From contig CALXMJ010000293.1 of NCBI GenBank assembly GCA_944389445.1, positions 912 to 64,911 on the forward strand: 64,000 nucleotides of DNA, given 5' to 3'. Below, in pieces: positions 27,316-36,634 of the stretch. The position numbers and the translations under genes are program-made. Numbering within the stretch: position 1 is the stretch's first letter; each line of letters begins with the position of its first letter. Origin of the DNA: an uncultured Victivallales bacterium (GTDB taxonomy: Bacteria > Verrucomicrobiota > Lentisphaeria > Victivallales > UBA1829). The notes below the pieces were generated by a model. It saw nothing but the letters and a program-made list of their open reading frames with translations. It ran no database searches and was not told the origin of the DNA.

Positions 27316-30282
27316 ATGAATCCGACCTTGAAATGGAAGCAGCAGCTGCTCTTCCTCTTTCTTTTCGCGGCCTGCATTGTTCCAGGTGCCCGGGCTGCGA
27401 CCCTGACCGCGGAATGCAGCTCAACCCACGGACTGTATGTTCCCGGAGAGGAGATCAAACTCACATTCACGGCTAAAGGGCTTGGAAAGAAAGAACAGTC
27501 TCTGGAAGTCCGGATCACGGATGAATATGACCGGGAACTTTCCCGCAAAACCTATCCGGTCAAACCGGATGCGAAAGGCGAATGGCGGACGACAATCCGC
27601 GCGGACCAGAACCGTTTCGGTTTTTTCCGGGTCTATCCGAAACTCTCCGACGGCACAACCATTCCAGCTGTTCTGAGCCGTCCGAAAGGCTGTCTTACCT
27701 ATGCGGTCGTGGTCGATCCCGCAAAACGGAAGCAGCTGCCCCGGCAGGAAACATTCTTCGGACTCTGCGGAAACTCCCAGGACCGGCAGTATCCCGCCTG
27801 GCTCGGAACTTCCTGGTGTCTTGACGGGCACAACATGATCGGCGGGCGCATCTGGTGGAAGCTGGAACCGAACCGTTCCGGGGAAGCCATGGAACGATTG
27901 AAAAAAGGGGAACGGATCGAAGTGAAAAACGAGGATATCGTTTTCCGGACGCCCGGCGGAAGTGTCCGCTGGAAACCCTACGGTCTTTTCGATCTGAGCT
28001 ACGAACCGCAGTGGATGAGAAACGAAACCATGCATAAATTCGACCGGAGCGTGATGGGAACCCGTCCGTTTGTGAATGGTCCTCTGACCCCCGCGGGCGA
28101 GAAGGAATTCATACGTCTCTGTGAAACCGTGGCAAAGCTGCGTGCGCCGATCACTCCGAAAGGAGAGCGGAATCAGTACGAGTTCGGCTGGGAGCCGCAT
28201 TATCCGTGGAACTGGCAGGGAACCACCGACGATCTGATCCGCAGATACAGAATCGGTGCCGCTGCCGTCAGGAAATACGATCCGAACGCGTTTGTTCTGG
28301 GGCCGAACGGAGCCGGACTTACCCCTGAATATCTCTCCTGGTACAAGGAACTTTTCGACAAAGGACTCGGGAAAATCATCGACGGCGTCACTATCCATCC
28401 CTATCCGAAAGGCTATCCGCCGGAAAGCAAGAATATGGCGGGGCTGCTCCGGACCCTGAAGCAGATCATCCGTGAGGGCGCGGGAAAGGATCTGCCGGTT
28501 TTCGGTACGGAACTCGGATTCATGTTCCCCGGCGATTCGGAAGGAGACCTGAAACAGATGCGTGGATTCCTCCGGTCCAATCTGATCCTCCTCGGCGAAG
28601 GAGTCCGGGCAAATTACAATTTCACTATGACGAATATCGGAGTGGAGGTCAACTACAGTCTGGTTCACAATCTGGTGCCATCCTCTCCGTGGGGAACACC
28701 GCGTTCCACTCCGCGGACCGTGATTCCGGCGCTCTCGGCGCTGACCTGGCTGCTGGAAGGATACCGGAGCGCCGGACCTGTCGACGGACTCGGGGAAAAC
28801 GGAGTCGGCTACGCCTATGAACGCGGAGATAAAGTCGTTCTCGCTGTCTGGGTCCGCACGGGAAAACCGGTCAGGGCGGAACTTGCGGTCGGCAGGGACT
28901 CCATTCAAATCGCGGACCACATGGGCAACATCCGTTCCGTCCGCACCCGCAACGGGAACGTGACAGTGACCCTGACGGAGGATCCTCAGTATCTGCTGAA
29001 CGTATCTCCTGAAGTGTGGGGCAGCCGGGCATTCCAGTATATCGTTCCGGATCCCGATCCGCATGGAACGATCGGCGGAACCCTGAGACTGAGCGGAACG
29101 GTTCACGCTCCGGATCAGCCGCTGAAAGCGACACTGCAAGTTGCCGCCGGAGAGGGATTCCGTTCGAAGGAGCAGCCCGTTGAGATCCCCGCTGGAAGAA
29201 AGAAACGGTATGAGATTCTTCTGCCGGTTCCGATGGAGCTTGTCCCGGGGGAACGGACGGTTCGTCTGACTCTGCGTTCCAACGGCAAAGTCCTGAAATC
29301 GGTCTACCGGAAAATTGAACTTCGCCCGCCGCTGCTCCTGAAGGAGATTCAGCCTGCGATCCGCGATGGAAAATACGCATTGAAAATGAATCTGGAAAAC
29401 CTTTCGGGGAGCGTGTCCGCCGGAAGTGTAACCGTCCGGCTGGAGGGTATCCCGGAAACCGGACTGGAGAAGGCGTTTCGTCTGGAAGGCTCCGGACGCG
29501 AAAGCCTTGTCTTTGTCTGGGATTCGCCTGCCTGGAACCCTCTGAAAGCCTCGGTGGCGGATATCACAGTCCGCAGAAGCGACGGATACCTGAACCGGGT
29601 TCGCAAACGGATCAGCATGATGAAGGTTCCCCGTTCCCGCGACCTGAAAATCGGAGCCGGGGACGCGCAATGGAAGACGATTCCGGAATATAAACTCTCC
29701 GGAAGGCAGTACGCAGTCGCACAGGAGGAACGCTATCGCGGAAAGCAGGATCTTTCCGCAACGGTTGCGGCGGCATGGAACGGACAGCATCTTCTCTTCC
29801 GTTTCCGGGTCGGGGACGATGTTTTTCTCCAGCCCTACACGGGAATCCGCACCTGGGAGGCGGATTGTCTGCAGATCGCGTTTGCCAATCCGGAGACGGA
29901 AGACTCGGCAAACCGTCTGGCGCTGGCGCACACGCGTAAACTTGTCGAATACGATTTCGCCCGGACCAGACAGGGAGATGAAATCTACCGGACCGTCTCC
30001 TTCGACAACGCGATTTTCCCGGCAGGCCTCGTAAAAGATTCTGATTTCCAGCTGAAAACAACACAAAATAAACGTGCGGACGGCATTATCGAAACGGTCT
30101 ATGAAATCGCGATTCCCTGGAAAACGCTCGCCGCAAAACCGGAACCCGGCGCCCGGATCGGATGGGCATTCACCGTCAATGACAGAGACAACGAAAAAGC
30201 GGAGTCTTCCGAATGCGTCAGGCTGGGGGCTTTCGATCTCAAAAAAACAGAATGGTTCGGTACTCTGATTCTTGCAGAATAA
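27316..30282 (+). CDS. secreted multidomain glycoside-hydrolase-like protein with CBM9-like C-terminal module (988 aa)
   Basis: GAGGAG RBS 5 nt before the ATG at 27316 (the track start at 27310 is a GTG overlapping the upstream stop). Signal MNPTLKWKQQLLFLFLFAACIVPGARA. Contains VTIHPYPKG and GTELGF strings. The C-terminus (AAWNGQHLLFRFRVGDDVF, WEADCLQIAF, IGWAFTVNDRDNE) is paralogous to the C-terminus of ORF 508..4521. Confidence 0.75.
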   Translation: MNPTLKWKQQLLFLFLFAACIVPGARAATLTAECSSTHGLYVPGEEIKLTFTAKGLGKKEQSLEVRITDEYDRELSRKTYPVKPDAKGEWRTTIRADQNRFGFFRVYPKLSDGTTIPAVLSRPKGCLTYAVVVDPAKRKQLPRQETFFGLCGNSQDRQYPAWLGTSWCLDGHNMIGGRIWWKLEPNRSGEAMERLKKGERIEVKNEDIVFRTPGGSVRWKPYGLFDLSYEPQWMRNETMHKFDRSVMGTRPFVNGPLTPAGEKEFIRLCETVAKLRAPITPKGERNQYEFGWEPHYPWNWQGTTDDLIRRYRIGAAAVRKYDPNAFVLGPNGAGLTPEYLSWYKELFDKGLGKIIDGVTIHPYPKGYPPESKNMAGLLRTLKQIIREGAGKDLPVFGTELGFMFPGDSEGDLKQMRGFLRSNLILLGEGVRANYNFTMTNIGVEVNYSLVHNLVPSSPWGTPRSTPRTVIPALSALTWLLEGYRSAGPVDGLGENGVGYAYERGDKVVLAVWVRTGKPVRAELAVGRDSIQIADHMGNIRSVRTRNGNVTVTLTEDPQYLLNVSPEVWGSRAFQYIVPDPDPHGTIGGTLRLSGTVHAPDQPLKATLQVAAGEGFRSKEQPVEIPAGRKKRYEILLPVPMELVPGERTVRLTLRSNGKVLKSVYRKIELRPPLLLKEIQPAIRDGKYALKMNLENLSGSVSAGSVTVRLEGIPETGLEKAFRLEGSGRESLVFVWDSPAWNPLKASVADITVRRSDGYLNRVRKRISMMKVPRSRDLKIGAGDAQWKTIPEYKLSGRQYAVAQEERYRGKQDLSATVAAAWNGQHLLFRFRVGDDVFLQPYTGIRTWEADCLQIAFANPETEDSANRLALAHTRKLVEYDFARTRQGDEIYRTVSFDNAIFPAGLVKDSDFQLKTTQNKRADGIIETVYEIAIPWKTLAAKPEPGARIGWAFTVNDRDNEKAESSECVRLGAFDLKKTEWFGTLILAE

Positions 30283-30306
30283 ATGATAAGGAAAGGGAAA
30301 ATCATC

Positions 30307-31038
30307 ATGAAAAAAACACATTTTACACTGATAGAGCTCCTGATCGTAATTGCCATCATTGCGATCCTTGCCGGACTTCTCCTGCCAGCACTGACCTCTG
30401 CAAGGAACAAGGCGATTCAGACAAAATGTTCCGGAAACATGAAACAGCTTGGTATCGCTTATCAGCAGTATACAATGGACAACGATGACATCCTCTGTGT
30501 TTACACTTACACGACCTCCTCCGGATACAACATGCGCGGATTTCAGGATGTCGAGGGCGTGAACTGGCCGTGGATCATGCGCGACTATCTGGATATCAAA
30601 GGCGCGGAAGGCAGCAATCCTCCCGGAACCGCCTACTCCAAGCTGCCGAAGCGGAACCGGAACGGATTCCTGAAATGTCCCGGCAACCGGAATCAGCTTT
30701 TCCTGTTCGGTAATTTTCACTACAGCATGATGCAGAACTGCGTCGGTGGACGGGGAGCGGATTCCCCGAATAAAATCACTCAGTTCAAAAATGTCTCAAA
30801 ACGGATTTTCTTCGGAGAAGGATATGACAACTCTCATCCGGAATACGGCGGACTTTCCGGACTGGGCAACTGCAACGATTTCCAATATGCATGGCACTTG
30901 CACAATCAGGCGATCAACACAATTTACGGAGACGGCCATGTCGGACTCTTCAAGCGTACTGATTTCCTGCTGGAATACAATCTCTACGGTTCCGGCGGAT
31001 GGTATAAAAGCCCGGTCATCGGAACCGTCTGGAAATAA
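30307..31038 (+). CDS. pseudopilin-like protein, prepilin-type N-terminal helix plus H-X9-DG C-terminus (DUF1559-type)
   Basis: [36 protein letters not shown], then [21 protein letters not shown] is an exact H-X9-DG. Confidence 0.9.
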   Translation: MKKTHFTLIELLIVIAIIAILAGLLLPALTSARNKAIQTKCSGNMKQLGIAYQQYTMDNDDILCVYTYTTSSGYNMRGFQDVEGVNWPWIMRDYLDIKGAEGSNPPGTAYSKLPKRNRNGFLKCPGNRNQLFLFGNFHYSMMQNCVGGRGADSPNKITQFKNVSKRIFFGEGYDNSHPEYGGLSGLGNCNDFQYAWHLHNQAINTIYGDGHVGLFKRTDFLLEYNLYGSGGWYKSPVIGTVWK

Positions 31039-31053
31039 TCGGATGGCTGTATG

Positions 31054-31099
31054 AGTGAAAAGGGCATTTTTCAAAGATGTCCCTTTTCACTCTTTTCTC
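31054..31099 (+). terminator. Rho-independent terminator after the pseudopilin gene
   Basis: Perfect 11-bp stem AGTGAAAAGGG/CCCTTTTCACT (31054-31064 and 31081-31091) followed by CTTTTCTC. Confidence 0.7.
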
Positions 31100-31200
31100 G
31101 ATGTCACGTTGACAGTCCGCCGATCGCAGAAGAGAGCGGTTTTCCCGTTTTTCTGTTTCTGTCAGAAGCTGCCGCGACTCATCGAACCGGCAACTGAAAA

Positions 31201-34200
31201 TTATTCGGCATCCTGAAATGTGATTTTATAGTGGGATATACGGTTTCCATTTTCCCAGAGAGTTCGGAAAGAACTGCCAGCGAACGGAACCTTGGCGAGG
31301 GATTCCCCGTTCTGCCCGCAAGCCTCCACTTCGCGGATTTTACGTCCGAAAGTGATTTCCGCCGGAGTTTCCATGGAGCGGTTCCGGAAAAAGGTCGCAT
31401 ATACAACCGGAGATTCCGCAAGAGGTGTTTCGCTTTTGAGCGCAATGTTAACCGTATGCCCGCTGAGAAGCGAGACAAACTCTTTCCCATGGAACCTGAC
31501 ATGAAGATCTCTGCTTCCCAGAAACAGATAGCTAAGAGATGCGGTCTCCTGCAAATCCGCCGATCCGTTCATAACCGCAAAAAACAGAGATGACGAATCC
31601 GGTAATTTACCGAAAAAGCTCCATGCGTCGCCGGATCCCGACAGACGGAACGGTTTCGGCATTTTCAATTTTCCGTTTTCCATATTGCCGATGAAGGAGG
31701 AAAACGTTTTCGTTTCCGCCCGGAAGGTTGTCTTCTGTGTATCAATTTCAAGATGTTTTCCTGTATCGCGCCAGACTTTGCCGAATTCAGCAAACGAAAC
31801 CGGGAGATTTGCTCCCGTTTTCTGAAGCGTCTCGTAAAACGTTTTCAGTTCCGTTTCCCGGTCCAGAAAACCTTCTGCCAGGAATTTTTGTCCGCGGAAC
31901 CAGGTTTGCTCCGGATATCCGGAGCGGTTCTGCCGGGAATGGGGACGAATCGCAAAGAAATGTCGGGCGCGGGAGTAATCGCCGGCCGGCAATGAAGGTT
32001 CGTTGATGACCAGATCCGCATTTCCTGTATAGACATCCCGGAAAGTCCTTACGGAGGAATCCGTGTAAAGAAACGGGACAAAGTCGTTCAGCGTCATTTT
32101 GTTGTAACCCCGGAACGGAGCCGCGTAGCAGACATTATCCATCGGGGATCCGATCTCGAGCTTGAATTCCGGTTTCCGCAGATCCGGTGCCCGCACCGCG
32201 ATCGCGGATGCCAGATTCGCAAAATGACTGTACAAATGCGCTTCCTGACGTAAATTGATACCGGAAACTTTTTCAAACCGGTCATCCGGATAAAAATGGT
32301 CCGGCAAGTTCAAATTGCTGTATCCGAGATAGAAATTGAACAGATAGGCCTTCCCCATGGCCTTCTGGACGCTTGCCGTGATCAGATTGCCCCACCAGCA
32401 GTTTTCATAAATCAGATTTGCTCCGTATTCCCGGGAAATCACCGGTTTCCCCGGTGTCGCTGCATAGACGGTCGGAGCCAGCCAGGAAAGGGAACGAAGA
32501 AATCCGTATCCGCTCCGGTTCCAGTAGCCTGTGCCGCCGGAGACGGCATCCAGAATTTCATTCGCAGCAGCGCGCTGCGAATAATGCAGTTCGCAGTCGG
32601 GACCGTTTGACGTAATGATTCCTTTGAATCCGAGAGAACGTGCAAAGGTGTACATTTCCTTCAGGTAATCCCGATAGAGTTGATACATGAATTCCAGTCC
32701 GTCGGAAACCATTGGATTGTTGCGTTTTTCCTTGCCGAACGATGCCTTTGAAACACGGAGATCGTCCAGTTTCACTTTGAAATCGGAAGAGTCATGTCCC
32801 CATTTCCGGACGTCCCAGGTAGGCGGGAAGTCCACATTTTCCAGAGTTTCCTCTCCGGTTCCGGAATACAGGCACCCGGCAAGCGAAGCTATATTCCAGC
32901 TTTTCTTCAACGCTTCTGTATTTTTGTATTTTTTCTTCAGGAATGCTGTCCAGAGATTATGAAGAATCGTTTTTGCCTCAGGAGGAAATTTTCGCCAGTC
33001 GGATGGATTGTTCATCTGAAAAGAAGCGACAAAAGTACGCTCGTTTTCAATTTCATAGATCAGCAGAGTCGGATCTTTTGCGGGCGGCAGATTGTTCCGG
33101 TACGGGTTTGGTGTTTCCAGGATCATCCGGACGATCTCTTTCTGCCGCCGGATCGCCTCCGGATGAAAAAAGCCAATGCAGGCATGACTGTTCTGACCGC
33201 CGAGCAGGTCGCTGAAGAAATGGTTGTCCCGCCAGAGAGTGAGAGACAAATAGATTCCATTCCGGTGGCAGGCGGCAATCAGTTTCTGCAGATTTGTTAG
33301 AAACTCCGGTGAAAATTTCAGCGGTCTGGCGGAGAGAAGCGGCATCCAGCGGTTGTTCTGATTCGTCGCCCATGTGCGCGGAAGGGTCGTAATCATATAA
33401 CGGACCGAAGAATATCCCATTGTTTTGAGACGTTGCAGAAAGCGGTCCAGTGCGTCATTGCCGAGCCGGTTTTCCTGTACGAGATCATAGAGCATGCTGT
33501 AATTCATATTGCATCCCCAGATCTGCGGAACGACGGTTCCATCTTCAAAACGGAATCCGGTTCCGGAGGGCAGGAGAGCTCCGTGTTTGTCGATATTGAC
33601 TGTTTGCGTAAGAGAAGAAAGATCCGGGAACGAGAATTGTTCATTCATGAAACGGTTCATCGGATCATTGGATTCATTTTTCTTCGTGACGAGGTCGCGC
33701 ATTCCGTACACGAAAAAGCCTTCTTTTTTCAAAGCGTTCAATTCGTCGGCAAGTCCCGGAAGGACCGGAAGAAAGCGGTCTTCCGCCAGATACAGTTTCG
33801 AAAGCGCGAATTTTTTACGGTTTTTCCGGGGCGTGCGTGGAAACAGCCGGAGAGTATGAGTCCCTTTTCCCAGATGGATGCACTCGCCCCCGCTCCAATA
33901 ATAGGTGGAGGGTTCAAAAGCGTTTCCGCCGAGTTTGATGATTTCTCCATCGTCAAATTGTATGAAAATGTGATTCCAGAAATTTTCCGGCTCGCGGGAA
34001 TAGATATACAGCCGGAATGTCTTTGGAGACTTCAAGTCAAAGGAGTAACGCCACTCCGGAGAGTCCGCGTCGATAGTTTCTCCGGAGTTGTAGAAGGAAT
34101 CTTCATCGGGGACGGTCCGAGTCTGTTTGAGGATCGCATTTTCCGGGTAGACAAAGAGTCCTTTTCCCCAGTCATCGGAACGGAAATCTGCTTTTTCCTT

Positions 34201-35706
34201 TCCGGCAAACAGGCGAAACGCTTGTCTGGGAGAGAGAATTTTTCCGTTTGCCTCTGTTCCGATTCGCAGGAGGAGCGATTCCGTCTTTCCGTTGGTCCGT
34301 ACGAAAATCAGCGGAGAGAATTCCCGTGTGAATTTCACGATGCAGTGATCCAGTTTTTCTCTTTTTTCATTCAGGACTTCCAGTCGTTTCCAGTATTTTC
34401 TTTCCTGGAAAAAAAGGTCAGCTGGAAATTTTGCTTTTGCCATCTCCAGTTTCAGATATTCAAGAGGCAGAACGGTCAGAGCTGCTTTGCGGCCAAGTGG
34501 AATTTTCCAGTTCAGTCCGGAGCGATCTTCCTCTTTGCGCACCAGTCCCGCCGTTGCGGCGACCAGTCCCCAAACGACGTTCTTTTCACCTGTTCTGATT
34601 GAAACGGATCGTACCATGTCGGCTTTTCCCCATTTCAGAACGGTGGAATAGAGTCCGATTTCTCCATTATCTGCACCGGCTTTCCATGCAATTTCCGCCT
34701 CGGGAATCGGTTTCGGATTCCACCAGTCCCGGGTTTGTTTTCCTGCAATGAGAGGGAATCTCATCTGCGTTCCGTTTGCAAAAAGGACTTCCACCGTTGC
34801 GGCAACGGCACCTGTTTTCCCCCATGCGCAGGCATTCAGAAGTGCAAGAGAGTTGCAACGCCGGTTGACGGGAAGAACGATCCGGTCCGTACCAAACGGC
34901 GAATGCACGCTCCGGAATATCACACAGGAACGTCCGCCGTTCTTTTCCGGGTCCAAAATCCGGAACGGCCAGGTGCAGAAAACTTTCACACCGGGAGAGA
35001 GTGCCCGGAGATCGTTCTTCGGCCCCTGGTCTGTCCACCCGCCTCTGCCGTCGCCCGCGGTTTCGTCAGCAAATCCCATGTTTGCGGAGGAGGCAAGGGT
35101 GAGCGGATAGAACTGATTGCTCTCCTTTGCAGAGGGAACCCTGCCTGCGGATCGGTAATCAAAACTCACAGTGACAGGTTCCTTTGCTTTGACCGGACAG
35201 CTGAATGCGACAGGTCCGTCATGCCAGGCGAGCGCACAGGCGTTGCCGGATCGGGCAAGAGCCGGGTTGAAAATGATTCGTCCGGGAAACTGTTTTTCTC
35301 TGGGCGTAAAGGAAAAACCTTTTTCTCCCGATTCGAAATCCCCGTTTGGAATCATCTTTCCGTTGATCCGGATATTGTCATAATAAACCCCTTCCGGTTT
35401 CAGACGTGTCGTCTTTCCTCCCTGGATCATCGGCCCGAGAAGCGAGATCCGGAGTCTGCCGCTGTTTTCCGGCGTAAAGGAAAGCGTTCCCTCTTTCCAT
35501 TCTTCCGAGACGGGAAAGAGGGCTGTCATATACTGTTCTGCATGTTCCGGCTTCAGCCAGGAACCATTCCCGATCCGAACCCCGGACTGCTTTTTGAAAT
35601 TCAGTTTTACGGCGGGTACTCCACTGATGTCAATCCGTGCCGGATTCTGTGCCGAAGCGGAAAAACCGATCAGAAAAACAGAAATGGCAAATAAGATTTT
35701 CTGCAT
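31201..35706 (-). CDS. giant secreted glycoside-hydrolase-like protein (1501 aa), clan GH-A-like TIM-barrel core
   Basis: Signal MQKILFAISVFLIGFSASAQNP. The central region has NGIYLSLTLW and LLIYEIENERTF (an NE acid/base-type motif), flanked by several beta-sandwich-like regions. Family not assignable by eye. Confidence 0.75.
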   Translation of the reverse strand: MQKILFAISVFLIGFSASAQNPARIDISGVPAVKLNFKKQSGVRIGNGSWLKPEHAEQYMTALFPVSEEWKEGTLSFTPENSGRLRISLLGPMIQGGKTTRLKPEGVYYDNIRINGKMIPNGDFESGEKGFSFTPREKQFPGRIIFNPALARSGNACALAWHDGPVAFSCPVKAKEPVTVSFDYRSAGRVPSAKESNQFYPLTLASSANMGFADETAGDGRGGWTDQGPKNDLRALSPGVKVFCTWPFRILDPEKNGGRSCVIFRSVHSPFGTDRIVLPVNRRCNSLALLNACAWGKTGAVAATVEVLFANGTQMRFPLIAGKQTRDWWNPKPIPEAEIAWKAGADNGEIGLYSTVLKWGKADMVRSVSIRTGEKNVVWGLVAATAGLVRKEEDRSGLNWKIPLGRKAALTVLPLEYLKLEMAKAKFPADLFFQERKYWKRLEVLNEKREKLDHCIVKFTREFSPLIFVRTNGKTESLLLRIGTEANGKILSPRQAFRLFAGKEKADFRSDDWGKGLFVYPENAILKQTRTVPDEDSFYNSGETIDADSPEWRYSFDLKSPKTFRLYIYSREPENFWNHIFIQFDDGEIIKLGGNAFEPSTYYWSGGECIHLGKGTHTLRLFPRTPRKNRKKFALSKLYLAEDRFLPVLPGLADELNALKKEGFFVYGMRDLVTKKNESNDPMNRFMNEQFSFPDLSSLTQTVNIDKHGALLPSGTGFRFEDGTVVPQIWGCNMNYSMLYDLVQENRLGNDALDRFLQRLKTMGYSSVRYMITTLPRTWATNQNNRWMPLLSARPLKFSPEFLTNLQKLIAACHRNGIYLSLTLWRDNHFFSDLLGGQNSHACIGFFHPEAIRRQKEIVRMILETPNPYRNNLPPAKDPTLLIYEIENERTFVASFQMNNPSDWRKFPPEAKTILHNLWTAFLKKKYKNTEALKKSWNIASLAGCLYSGTGEETLENVDFPPTWDVRKWGHDSSDFKVKLDDLRVSKASFGKEKRNNPMVSDGLEFMYQLYRDYLKEMYTFARSLGFKGIITSNGPDCELHYSQRAAANEILDAVSGGTGYWNRSGYGFLRSLSWLAPTVYAATPGKPVISREYGANLIYENCWWGNLITASVQKAMGKAYLFNFYLGYSNLNLPDHFYPDDRFEKVSGINLRQEAHLYSHFANLASAIAVRAPDLRKPEFKLEIGSPMDNVCYAAPFRGYNKMTLNDFVPFLYTDSSVRTFRDVYTGNADLVINEPSLPAGDYSRARHFFAIRPHSRQNRSGYPEQTWFRGQKFLAEGFLDRETELKTFYETLQKTGANLPVSFAEFGKVWRDTGKHLEIDTQKTTFRAETKTFSSFIGNMENGKLKMPKPFRLSGSGDAWSFFGKLPDSSSLFFAVMNGSADLQETASLSYLFLGSRDLHVRFHGKEFVSLLSGHTVNIALKSETPLAESPVVYATFFRNRSMETPAEITFGRKIREVEACGQNGESLAKVPFAGSSFRTLWENGNRISHYKITFQDAE

Positions 35707-35851
35707 GTTTTATCCTTTTCACAATGGTTTATATTTGATTCCCGAGTGAGGAAAAACAGAACTGCACTTTACCGGTCGGAATGTCCTTCCGGTCTTGACG
35801 GCGAAAAAAGCGGGTCATGCAGGATTCGGAATTTCCGCATCCGGATTCTGC

Positions 35852-36595
35852 TTATTCATAAAGATTCCATGGATTCGTCTCATTCCAGTTGGTCCGTCCA
35901 AACGTTTTTGCTGCCGGTTTGTAATAAATCTGTTCGGGGATAATTCCGTCGACAGACCCGGTGTGGCCGTCAATAAAAAGCAGGTTGGCTCGTTTCAGAT
36001 GACGCGGATCAAGCACGGATTCCTCCGTTGGCCTGGAATAGAGGAGCGGATTCGGACGGAGATCTGTGGGACTGACTTTCTTCACAGAATCCCCTGCATA
36101 AATTTTTGTCGAAGGACTCTTGATCCGAGCCGCCTGCAGCATTCCCTTCGTTCCGATGTACGCATAGGAAATCATGGAAATTCCATACCCTATTTTTGCC
36201 CATGACCCATTCGGAGCCCCGTCATTTCCGTTCGGAAGCCCTTTGTTCCGGTTATAATAGCTCATCAAATCCGCTGTTGCCGGGAGATCCGGGCAGGTGA
36301 TCTGCTTCATGCTCAAATAGCGGTTCGTAAAGACAAAATAATTCCAGTAGAAAGCCTTCTGATAACCGAGGGGCGTTGTAAAATAACAGGGCATGAGCCG
36401 ATCTGCAAAATCCAGCTGATAGAAGGACGCTACATGTCCCAGCTGTTTCAGATTGCCGGTACAGTTTACGGCTCTGGCGCGCATACGGGCATTGTTCAGC
36501 GCCGGAAGCAGAAGAGATGCAAGTATTGCGATGATCGCGATCACAACAAGGAGCTCTATTAATGTAAAATTTTTTCCCCTGAATCGGCATTTCAT
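35852..36595 (-). CDS. pseudopilin-like protein, prepilin-type N-terminal helix plus H-X9-DG C-terminus (DUF1559-type)
   Basis: [40 protein letters not shown], then [21 protein letters not shown] is an exact H-X9-DG. Start placed at the ATG at 36595 (GGAGAA RBS); the track start at 36625 is a TTG. Confidence 0.9.
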   Translation of the reverse strand: MKCRFRGKNFTLIELLVVIAIIAILASLLLPALNNARMRARAVNCTGNLKQLGHVASFYQLDFADRLMPCYFTTPLGYQKAFYWNYFVFTNRYLSMKQITCPDLPATADLMSYYNRNKGLPNGNDGAPNGSWAKIGYGISMISYAYIGTKGMLQAARIKSPSTKIYAGDSVKKVSPTDLRPNPLLYSRPTEESVLDPRHLKRANLLFIDGHTGSVDGIIPEQIYYKPAAKTFGRTNWNETNPWNLYE

Positions 36596-36634
36596 AGTTG
36601 TCTTTCTCCATATTCTGTTTTTCAAAAGTTTTAT

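Noticed and set aside
27421-30720. 1099-aa ORF on the minus strand, the second longest in the track.
   Set aside because: It is a codon-aligned antisense shadow of the genes at 27316..30282 and 30307..31038, which share one frame. Its stop at 27421-27423 is the sense codon TCA. Antisense stops require sense TTA, CTA or TCA codons, and these genes avoid them. The translation is Arg/Phe/Pro-rich junk with no motif, whereas the plus-strand products have signal peptides, pilin and CBM motifs.
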